DNA from: Macrostomum lignano
Taxonomy: Eukaryota
Direction of reading: 5' to 3'
DNA: 64,000 bases
Assembly: GCA_002269645.1 (NCBI GenBank)
Contig: NIVC01001194.1
Location: 275,948 to 339,947 of the forward strand
Part shown: piece after piece, positions 1 through 10,020 of the stretch
Position numbering within the stretch: the stretch's first letter is position 1
Layout: each line of letters starts with the position of its first letter
Notes under the pieces: model-generated
Told to the model about the DNA's origin: nothing
The model's database searches: none
Seen by the model: only the letters and a program-made list of their open reading frames with translations
Made by a program: the position numbers and the translations under genes

Positions 1-145
1 TTCCAGGCGGTCCAAAAGATCACCAGGCCCCATAGAGAACTTCATCACTACTCAGTCATTGGCACAATCGGATCCGTCATTCTAGTCATTAATAAGTTTA
101 GCCAGCAAAGATTTATCATTAAGGTGAGGCTTGTTCAATTATTAA

Positions 146-780
146 TCATTTTGCACGACTTAATAGACACCATGAAGTGCGGTGAGAGGTATAGAGACAC
201 GTAGGAGAGTGAAAAGAGATATGGTGAGACTTCGAGAGCTGTCGGAGATAATGAGAAGTAGATAGTCTGGGAGATGGTGAGAGGTGGATAGCCTTAAGGA
301 TGGAGAGAAGTAGATAGCCTGGAAGATGAGAAGTACATAGTCTGGGAGATGAGAAGTAGATAGCTTGGGAAATGAGAATTAGATAGCCTAGGTGATAGTG
401 AGAAGTAGATAGCCTGGGAGATGGTGAGAGGTAGATAGCCTGGGAGATGAGAATTAGATAGCCTAGGTGATATTGAGAAGTAGATATCCTGGAAGATGAG
501 AAGTAGACAGCCTGGGAAATGAGAAGTAGACAGCCTGGGAAATGAGAAGTAGATAGCCTGGGAGATGGTGAGAGGTAGATAGCCTGGGAGATGAGTATTA
601 GATAGCCTAGGTGATAGTGAAAAGTAGATAGCCTGGAAGATGAGAAGTAGACAGCCTGGGAAATGAGAAGTAGATAGCCTGGGAAATGAGAAGTAGATAG
701 TTTGGGTGATAGTGAGAAGTAGATAGCCTGGGTGATAGTGAGTAGTAGATAGTCTGGGAGATGTTGAGAGATAGACAGCA
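146..780. repeat. Intronic minisatellite, ~21-24-bp units (GAGAAGTAGATAGCCTGGGA..)
   Basis: Degenerate tandem units read directly; lies upstream of the acceptor at 875-876; explains the repetitive ORF 146-916. Confidence 0.9.
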
Positions 781-876
781 TCGTGGGAGCTAGTGAGAGG
801 TCGGGAGGCTGGTGGAGGATGAAGCCAAGAGGCGGAGACAGGGACAGGTAGCCCAGCATACCCCTAACCCCCTCAG

Positions 877-3408
877 AGCGTGTGCAAGTCGGCATGCGAC
901 ATGAGCGGTTTCCCATTGGACGTGGCTTTCATGTGCCGCCTTCGCGCTGTGTTTGTCTCGGACTGGACGCAGTACCTGCTGCTGGACCAGGTGCCGGGAG
1001 GACAGCTGTACACCTTTGTGAGGCGGCATCGACCAGCTGTGAATGAATGCAACTGCTGTTGCTGCTGCTGCTGCTCTTCTAATTCCTCTGCCGATGTCGG
1101 CGATCTCGAGCTGCTTCGAAAAGTCAGCGAAGACGGCGAGCTTGTGCGCGTGTTTCACTCGGTCCCGTCGCGGGTGCCGGCGCCGGCGCCTTGCCAGCAG
1201 CCCGAACTGGCAGGCGTGCTGAAGGATCAGTTGAAGGTCAAGCCAGCAGCACTGGGACCAGATTCTTCCGTTTGCGATCAGTCTTATGCTCAGCTTTTTC
1301 GCGACTATTATGGATCTGAAACTGCTACTGCTGCTACTACTGATAGTAGCTGTGAGAATGCTGGCGCAAGCTCGACTTCTTTTGTTGAAATTGGCGGAGC
1401 GGCTGTTGATAGCAGCAAGGATGGTGAGAGAAGCTGCTTGGTTTTAGATTTTTCTTAGGAGGACTTGTTAGAGGTGACCCTTTTCCGTTGTCAAGGATGC
1501 GACTATTGTTGTTAGGGCCGCCGTTAGTCGGTTTTCGCTGTTATTTGGTTGTTAGAGGCGCCATTACTCGGCTGTCAAGGACGCTGTTATTCGGTTGTTA
1601 GGGGCGCCCTTATTTGTCAAGGCAGCTATTGTTTTTTTGTTAGGGGGGCATTACTCGGTTGTCAAGGACGCTACTCGTATTAATCGGGTTGTTAGAGGCT
1701 AAATGTATGTCTTTAAGAAGCGCCATTTTGTGGTTGTCAAGGTCACTATTTTGGTTGTTGGGGAGGTAGAAAATGAAAAAAATTTAGTACTCATCCTCGC
1801 ACGCCCGCCAACACACAGTGGACTCTGACGACGGCTTACGGAGGTCAGTGGACACCGCCAACCCCGCCTCAAGCCTCGGTAATCCTCAAAACTCTTCCCA
1901 GCAACAGCAACAGAAGCATCCCGGAGGCTGCTACAGAGGCCGAGCTCTGTCCTCAGTGTTCGCTCAGATTGTGGACTCCGTGCTTCAGCAATCTCACCGG
2001 CAGCAGCAGCAGCAACAGAAACTGCAACAACTGCCAGAGCTGCCGACGGCCGCCCTGCCGGAGTCCTGCGTCAGGCAGTGGGGCGCCGAGCTGCTCACCT
2101 GCTTGGCTCAGCTGCATTCGCGCGGACTGTACTTTGGCTGCCTGCTGCCGGGCGATGTACTGCTCGGCGACCGGGGTCACCTCAGGCTGACCTATCGGTT
2201 TAGGCGGACTCGCCTCGCGCAGGCGCTCAGGGCCAGTCCGTATTGCGCGCCAGAATGGCGCCTCTGTCCCGACGCCACTCCGGCTAGGCCGCAGGTGAAT
2301 TAATGGCAGGAGGTCACTGGTTGTAGGGGGGGGGGTTCATTGACTTTTTCTGAAGTGAGCTGTCTTGATTATGGGGGTCACTGATCCTCTCTTTGTAGTG
2401 TCTTGATTATGGGGGTCACTGATCCTCTCTTTGCAGTGTCTTGGTTATGGGGGTCACTGACCCTCTTTGCAGTGTCTTGGTTATGGGGGTCACCGATCCT
2501 CTCTTTGCAGTGCCTTGGTTATGGGGATCACTGAACCTCTTTGCAGTGTCTTGGTTATGGGGGCGGGGTCACTGACCCTCTTTGCAGTGTCTTGGTTATG
2601 GGGGTCACTGACCCTCTCTTTGCAGTGTCTTGGTTATGGGAGTCACTGATCCTCTCTTTGCAGTGTCTTGATTATGGGGGTCACTGACCCTCTCTTTGCA
2701 GTGTCTTGATTATGGGGGTCACTGACCCTCTCTTTGCAGTGTCTTGATTATGGGGGTCAACGATCCACTCTTTGCAGTGTCTTGATTAGGGGGGCGGGGT
2801 CACTGACCCTCTTTGCAGTGTCTTGATTATGGGGGGTCACTGACCCTCTTTGCATTTGCAGTGTCTTGGTTATGGGGGGTCACTGACCCTCTTTGCATTT
2901 GCAGTGTCTTGGTTATGGGGGGTCACTGACCCTCTTTGCATTTGCAGTGTCTTGGTTATGGGGGTCACTGACCCTCTTTGCTGTGTCTTGGTTATGGGGG
3001 TCAATGACCCTCTTTGCATTTGCAGTGTCTTGTTTATGGGGGGGGTCACTGACCCTCTTGTCATCACTAAGTTAGGTACCCGCGTTTGTATATTTGATCG
3101 AAAAAATAGCTCATCAGGTACGGTGTCAAAGAAGGTCGCCAATACCCTCTTCGCAGGTTGGCGACTGGTGGAGTCTGGGCTGCCACCTGCTGCTAATGCT
3201 CACCGGTGACTGCGTCTGCCGGGCCGTCCGGCCGCCGCCTCCCCTGCCCGACTGGCTGAGCGCCGAAGCCCGCGACCTCCTCAGCCAGCTGCTGTGCCCG
3301 GAGCCGCGGCATCGCCTGGGCGGCGGCTCGCCAGGACCGGACGAGATTCGACAGCACGCCTTCTTTCGGGGTGTTGATTGGCGAGGACTGGGGGCAAAGG
3401 CGTTTTGA
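877..3408 (+). CDS. RPS6KC1: 3' part of RPS6KC1/RPS6KL1-like pseudokinase; exons 877-1423, 1819-2294, 3157-3408 (5' exons lie outside the window)
   Basis: cctcag|, G|gtgaga, acacag|TG, CAG|gtgaat and tcgcag|GTT give continuous phases (1, then 0). Split kinase domain: YLLLDQVPGGQLYTFV, long insert, LPESCVRQWGAELL..LHSRG, LRLTY, YCAPE, DWWSLG, EARDLLSQLL..RLG..IRQHAFFRGVDW. The split domain and LTY in place of DFG match the RPS6KC1 family. Confidence 0.8.
1470..1765. repeat. Degenerate intronic tandem repeat (GTTAGxGGCGCC..TCGGTTGTCAAGG)
   Basis: Several diverged ~30-35-bp copies inside intron 1424-1818. Confidence 0.6.
2360..3060. repeat. Intronic minisatellite, ~36-43-bp unit (TTTGCAGTGTCTTGGTTATGGGGGTCACTGACCCTC)
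   Basis: Tandem copies fill most of intron 2295-3156. Confidence 0.95.
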
Positions 3409-3469
3409 GATGGCTGCGGGTGTTCGGGTTATTGATCCAAGCTGGGCTGCGATTGGGTGGCTCATGGGA

Positions 3470-4310
3470 TCGATAATTATTGTTAATAAAAATAGTATCG
3501 ATAGTTATTGTTAATAGGGTAGATAACTATTATCGACAGTATCGAAAACTGTTGTTAATAGTATCGATAATTATTGTTGACAGTATCGATAACTATTGTT
3601 GATAGTATCGATAAATATTGTTGAGAGTATCGATAATTATTGTTGACAGTATCGATAACTATTGTTGATAGTATCGATAGCTATTGTTGACAGTATCGAT
3701 AACTATTGTTGATAGTATCGATAACTATTGTTGATAGTATCGATAATTATTGTTGATGGTATCGATAACTATTGTTGACAGTATCGATAACTATTGTTGA
3801 TAGTATCGATAACTATTGTTGATAGTATCGATAACTATTGTTTATAGTATCGATAATTATTGTTGACAGTATCGATAACTATTGTTTATAGTATCGATAA
3901 TTATTGTTGACAGTATCGATAACTATTGTTGATAGTATCGATAACTATTGTTGATAGTATCGATAAATATTGTTTACAGTATCGATAATTATTGTTGATA
4001 GTATCGATAACTATTGTTGATAGTATCGATAACTATTGTTGACAGTATCGATAATTATTGTTGACAGTATCGATAACTATTGTTGATAGTATCGATAACT
4101 ATTGTTGATAGTATCGATAATTATTGTTGACAGTATCGATAACTTTTGTTAATAGTATCGATAATTTTTGTTGATAGTATCGATAACTATTGTGGCAGTT
4201 TCGATAGCTTTTGGGACAGTATCGATAATTATTGTTTACAGTATCGATAATTGTTGATAATAATATAGATACTTATTGTTGATAGTATCGAAAATTAAAG
4301 TTAATAGTAA
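3470..4310. repeat. 22-bp minisatellite (AGTATCGATAACTATTGTTGAT) containing the palindrome TATCGATA
   Basis: Several dozen near-identical copies, downstream of the kinase stop codon. Confidence 0.95.
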
Positions 4311-5264
4311 CGATAATTACTGTTGATAACACTCATTTTTTTTAATTGTGTCGATAATTATCGTTGATTGTATTAATACGGGTCTCGTAATTGCTGTTAA
4401 TAGTATCAATAATTAATGTTGATAGTATTAGTTATTATTGTTAATAGTATCGTTAATTATTGTTGACTGTTGAAATATTACCGCGATTATCGATACAATT
4501 TTTTATTACCGTTACGTCATTATCATAAATTATATTGCTGGTTCTGTCATTAATTTTATTTTACAAGCCCCTCTAATAGTTACTGTCGCATTATCGAGAC
4601 TAATACTTTCCGATATGCTGCCCTATAATTAACGATAAGCAAATTATTATTATCGATGGCGTGTGCAAGCATAGCTTTGTCAAACTGGTTCGCTAAACCG
4701 CTACTGTTAGTCTTTCATGTGCTCGGATCCGTCATTCTCTAAATTAATAGCTATCATTCTCGATAATAAAAATTACCTAATTTAATTGAATATCGTTAAC
4801 TGTAGGGTTTTTTATTTTTTTGCGTCAGTATTATGTAATGAATAATTTTTACTGTTTCTTGGTACACTAAATACTACCACTATTGATAACGCTGGCAGTA
4901 AGTAGTATGCTGTCTGTCTGACTGACTCAAAACAATTATAAGATGTCGGTAATTACTAAGTATTCTCGTGCCACAATTATCTGTAAATGATTCTGTGCAT
5001 ATTTTGCGGTGTATAAATATTTGCTTTCTTTGTCAAATCAAATCAAATCAAATTATTCAGTGTGACATGTGCTCTGATTTACTGTTCTTCCAACTCAAAG
5101 TGCAATGCGCAACTTCTTGTCAATACATACAAGGACTACAAAACAGAGAGACACTGGTGTCTGATACAGAGATCCGGTTTGCCGAAACTTCAAATGACAA
5201 ATATCTCTTTTCATTAGTTAGGCATTTTCTTACTTACTGGTTACCTCAGCTATTGACGTTTTTC

Positions 5265-5447
5265 GATCTGTCTGTCTGCCTGTCTGTCTGTCTGTCTGTC
5301 TGTCTGTTTTATCTGTCTGTCTGTCTGTCTACCTGTCTGTTTTATCTGTCTGTCTGTCTGCCTGCCTGTCTGTCTTAGTGTCTGTCTGTCTCTGTCTGTC
5401 TGTCTGTCTGCCTGTCTGTCTTAGTGTCTGTCTGTCTGTTTTATCTA

Positions 5448-5488
<41 letters not shown>

Positions 5489-5610
5489 TTATCTGTCTGT
5501 CTGTTTATCTGCCTGTCTGCCTGCCTGCCTGTCTGTTTATCTACTTGTCTGGCTGTCTGTCTGTCTGTGTGTCTGTGTCTGTCTGTCTGCTTGTCAGCCC
5601 TCTATCTGTC
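5265..5610. repeat. (CTGT)n microsatellite
   Basis: Direct reading; source of the VCLS-repeat ORFs. Confidence 0.95.
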
Positions 5611-6010
5611 CCTACATACGTAATATTTATTATTGTCCAAAATTACTAGCGCAAATTTAACCAGAGTTTGATAATTCTGTAACTACTCACCGATAGAACA
5701 ATTGGTCTTTTGTGAGCAACGGGCTAGCTGTAATAGATACGGTTGTTATGTTCTGTAGTATGCCTCAAAAAAGTAGGGTAGAAGGGGATGGAGAACAAAA
5801 GATTCTGTAATCGATACTCTGTCTTAACATAAGTATCTGCTGTGTATTTTCAACTGAATACAACACATAATCAACGCTAGAGTGTTGCATTAGTCTTTGC
5901 TATAGCAATTGTAGTATACTGTAGTGACGTGTTTTGCAGCTAAAAGTACAAATAATTTAGGCAAGATTGGCTACTTGCAGCGACATTGGCTTTGACAAAA
6001 GTGCTCCGGG

Positions 6011-6894
6011 TTAATTGTAGTTGATTGTTGCCACTGCCGGGTCATAAAATCTGAAGTTTATTAAAAGGCCTCTTTTTAAATGCGTCGTGAAGGCCGCATC
6101 ATGTGAATTACTGAGGAACTAAAAGTAAGACTCAAAGCCAGCACCCTCACTCCGCGTGGCTGTGCAGTCAGGCTGAATTACCATCCACCCCACTCCAATC
6201 CCTTCAGTAGCAAACCCCCAGCCTGATAAACCAGCACCCTCACTCCGCTTGGCTGTGCAGTCAGGCTGAATTACCATCCACCCCACTCCAATCCCTTCAG
6301 TAGCAAACCCCCAGCCTGATAAGCCAGCACCCTCACTCCGCGTGGCTGTGCAGTCAGGCTGAATTACCATCCACCCCATTCCAATCCCTTCAGTAGCAAA
6401 CCCCCAGCCTGATAAGCCAGCACCCTCACTCCGCGTGGCTGTGCAGTCAGGCTGAATTACCATCCACCCCACTCCAATCCCTTCAGTAGCAAACCCCCAG
6501 CCTGATAAGCCAGCAACCTCACTTTACAATAACAGCCTACATGTAAATCGTTACACCCTTTGAAGTGAATTAGTTACTTATTTCGCTCTCTGCATTACTT
6601 CAAATTTAGCTTCAAAGAGGAAACATACTTGAATTCCATTAGTCTCTGGTTGCAATTCCTATTGCTGCAGACGTGCACTCGTGTCATAAACTTTCTGTGT
6701 ATGTAGGGCAACAGAAAACCCAGGCCGAGAAGAAAACTGCAAAAACGTTGGCATTGTATTTCCTGTTTTTTTAGCTTTTCAAGCTATACTGCAGAGTGCA
6801 CTCAATACAGCAGGCTAGCAATAGTAGTAGCTTACACGTTTGTCTGTCTGCCTGTCTGTATCTGTCTGTCTGCCTGTCTGTCTGCCTGTCTGCC

Positions 6895-6941
<47 letters not shown>

Positions 6942-7012
6942 GTCTGTCTGTCTGTCTGCCTGTCTGTCTGCCTGTCTGTCTGTCTGCCTGTCTGTCTGTC
7001 TGTCTGTCTGTA

Positions 7013-7061
<49 letters not shown>

Positions 7062-7259
7062 CAGTGCTTGCACGCGGTCAAGCTTCATCACACAGTTGAT
7101 GCTCTGCACAGCAACTCACGGAAATGTGATGAAGCCGAGCAGCAGCGAGCAGAAGTCCTGGTACCAGCACACCTCAAGCTCAACATGCGACCCCGTGTTG
7201 CCGCACTGCGGGCAGATCAGCTGGTTGCAGCCCATGTCTTTCTTTACCAGGATGCCCAT
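6011..7259 (-). CDS. Small LITAF/SIMPLE-like zinc-ribbon membrane protein (~95 aa); exons 7259-7120, 6736-6629, and probable last exon 6050-6011
   Basis: Donors CC|gtgagt (7119) and AA|gtatgt (6628) and acceptors tttttgcag| (6737) and acttcag| (6051) join in phase. Product: [95 protein letters not shown]. This has CxxC, a hydrophobic stretch and HxC-x4-C, the LITAF pattern. The last exon is less certain. Confidence 0.7.
6130..6515. repeat. 93-bp tandem repeat, ~4 copies, intronic
   Basis: AAG/ACCAGCAC recurs at 6135, 6228, 6321, 6414 and 6507. Confidence 0.95.
6840..7062. repeat. (CTGT)n microsatellite, intronic
   Basis: Direct reading; inside LITAF-like intron 6737-7119. Confidence 0.95.
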
Positions 7260-7417
7260 TTTGTGTCTTTGAAATTATCAAGCCTATGTGTGCGAGTCGC
7301 CTGAGCCAACTACATGCTCGTGTTGTCTTATGAGTTGATTAAATAAATCACTTAGATAGTGCTGCTTCCAATAATGGCAATGCAGTCTCAAGTTCACCAT
7401 AGACAAAATCAATATTT

Positions 7418-7449
7418 GATAGATAGATAGATAGATAGATAGCTACGAG

Positions 7450-7484
<35 letters not shown>

Positions 7485-7512
7485 CTACGAGTAGATAGAT
7501 AGATAGATAGAT

Positions 7513-7543
<31 letters not shown>

Positions 7544-7571
7544 CTACGAGTAGATAGATAGATAGATAGAT

Positions 7572-7609
<38 letters not shown>

Positions 7610-7649
7610 TAAAAATAGATGGATAGATAGACAGACAGACAGACAGGCC

Positions 7650-7714
<65 letters not shown>

Positions 7715-7753
7715 GGCAGGCAGACAGACAGACAGACAGGCAGACAGACAGAC

Positions 7754-7808
<55 letters not shown>

Positions 7809-7835
7809 GATAGATAGATAGACGGACAGACAGAG
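7418..7835. repeat. (GATA)n/(GACA)n compound microsatellite
   Basis: Direct reading; bracketed on the minus strand by a gtaagt donor at 7861 and an acceptor at 7267 (probable 5'-UTR intron). Confidence 0.95.
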
Positions 7836-9419
7836 CAACATTGAAAGTAACCTGTACTTACGAATATTTTAAGTGTCTCCAACTTTTATGGTGCAGAAAT
7901 TATTCAAAGAATCGAAACTTTAACGGTTTATTTTTAAGATTAAAAAATATTTAGAGAATGATTTGTTGGAGTATTATCATACCAGTGTAACATGCAGTTA
8001 CTAAGTATTTTAATTATAAACATGCAATGTTAGCCAAAATATCTTGGCAATACCAGTATTCTTTGTTCTGACAGACTGCTGCTGGTCAAAGTCCAGTCAG
8101 TTCTATAAATGAAAAATATTTGATATAATATGCAAATAAACAAATCGGAGTTGTAGAGCATTGTTAACCGAGAGCTTCTGCAAAGGACAAAACAATCAAC
8201 GCTTATTGTGAGTTGAGTGAAAAAGCATTCACAAAAAGTTGACGGAAATTATGCTTTAAAAAGTCAATATCTTCGATGCTTGGTGGTACCGCTTTAGACA
8301 GGACTATACGTAGGATAGACGGGTTTTTTTAGTAAAGAAAATTTAAGCATCGTTGTTAGAAATTGATTATTACAACAAAACATAAAGCCGGAAAAATACG
8401 TCAATAGACTTTTGTATTCGGAAACGCAAAGCATTAAAGCCAATTATGTACGGTTTTGTTTGACTGCACTAACACTTTTTCGTATTACCATCACTGGGGC
8501 ACTTAGTTCCATCAATAAAACGATTTGTCAAATAAGGACGGCTCTATGCGTGTTTTTTGCAAAGCAAGTTAGAGAACAACATTTATTCTTTGCCAAGTTG
8601 CAAAAATCAGTAGAGAGTTGTTTTCAATCTGAAAGAAAAACTTTTCTCACGGAGAATTTTTCAACATACTGGAGACAGCTTTATGTAGCTAGAAGGCTTG
8701 TTGAGTACGATTATATTCACTATTACAAGAATAGGATAAATTATAATTGCTTAGACATTGTTTAGATTTTGTTTTAACTAGCTATGCTTCGATTTTTTGG
8801 TGCAGATTTAATTATAGAATAGACGAATTGACAAAAGGGACGAACTGCAGTAGCAAGAATACTCGTAGCTCGTAGGTTTGTTGGAATTTTCTAGCGTTGA
8901 GTTCTTCTCAACTGAGTTTGTCTATGGCTAAAGCCCATAATACACTACTAGCAGTACGATAATTTACGCTGATGCTTAATGCCTACAGCTCATTTCTAAG
9001 AAAATGGAGTTCACCGCGTCCTTCTACTGCAGTTGTAAATGTTGATCGAGTTTACGTGTCTTGTTCAATATTGATTCACGGTTTTTAAAAATTAAAAAAA
9101 TTATTGAAAAACGGCAAAATGTGAAATACCGTTTAAATGGATTTTGTAATTTTTTTCATTTTGCATTACGTAACAGGATTTTAACCACAGACAGGCTGCT
9201 TCGTCGTAAATTTACCCTGCTTATTTCAGAAACCTACTCAGTGGGGGCTAGAGGGCCGTCCCCTTCTAATCGCCCCTTCATCAAAAATAAAAATCGCGCT
9301 CCTCCAATAACTAAATGAAGGAGGTAACTAAGGTCAACAAATGACAGGAGTTCAACTTTTGTGTCACCTCTTGAATGCAGCACATAGCATTCACGGGCCT
9401 AGCAGACACGAGTATAGGG

Positions 9420-9710
9420 AAACCCACCAAGAGACAGGGGCGCCTACCAAGAGACAGGGGCGCCCTCCAAGAGACAGGGGCGCCTACCAACAGACAGGGA
9501 CGCTCACTAACAAACTGGGACGCCCACCAAGAGACAGGGGCGCCCTCCAAGAGACAGGGGCGCCTACCAAGAGACAGGGGCGCCCTCCAAGAGACAGGGG
9601 CGCCTACCAAGAGACAGGGGCGCCCTCCAAGAGACAGGGGCGCCTACCAAGAGACAGGGGCGCCCTCCAAGAGACAGGGGCGCCTACCAAGAGACAGGGG
9701 CGCTCACTAA
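9420..9710. repeat. 20-bp minisatellite with two alternating variants (CCAAGAGACAGGGGCGCCTA / ..GCGCCCT)
   Basis: Direct reading; gives a 40-bp dimeric period. Confidence 0.95.
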
Positions 9711-10020
9711 CAGACCAAATATTGGTGCCCCTCATGGTTGCTGCCCTGGACACTTAAAATTCCTGCGTAAGTCACTTGGCTTGTTTGCCTGGGTCAGGTA
9801 TTATTTCAGTAACATGTTGTACTTTAACATAAAACAGGTGAGGTGACCTGTCCAGACTATAGGTGAGATTTTGTCCTATTTTTTAGTAAAAATTAATCTT
9901 ACCTCCAACAATATTGACGACACATTGTAGTGAGAGATATAATATTTCTATAATTAGACTTTTTAGAAAATACGAAAACTTCTCGCGAAAGCTACCAAAG
10001 TTTTCAGGCCAGCTTCGGTT

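Noticed and set aside
6119-6472. 31-aa repeat ORF
   Set aside because: A 93-bp intronic tandem repeat whose unit length is divisible by three.
8843-9034. Short inverted repeat AACTGCAGTAG..CTACTGCAGTT as a MITE
   Set aside because: Only ~11-16 bp of match and no target-site duplication.
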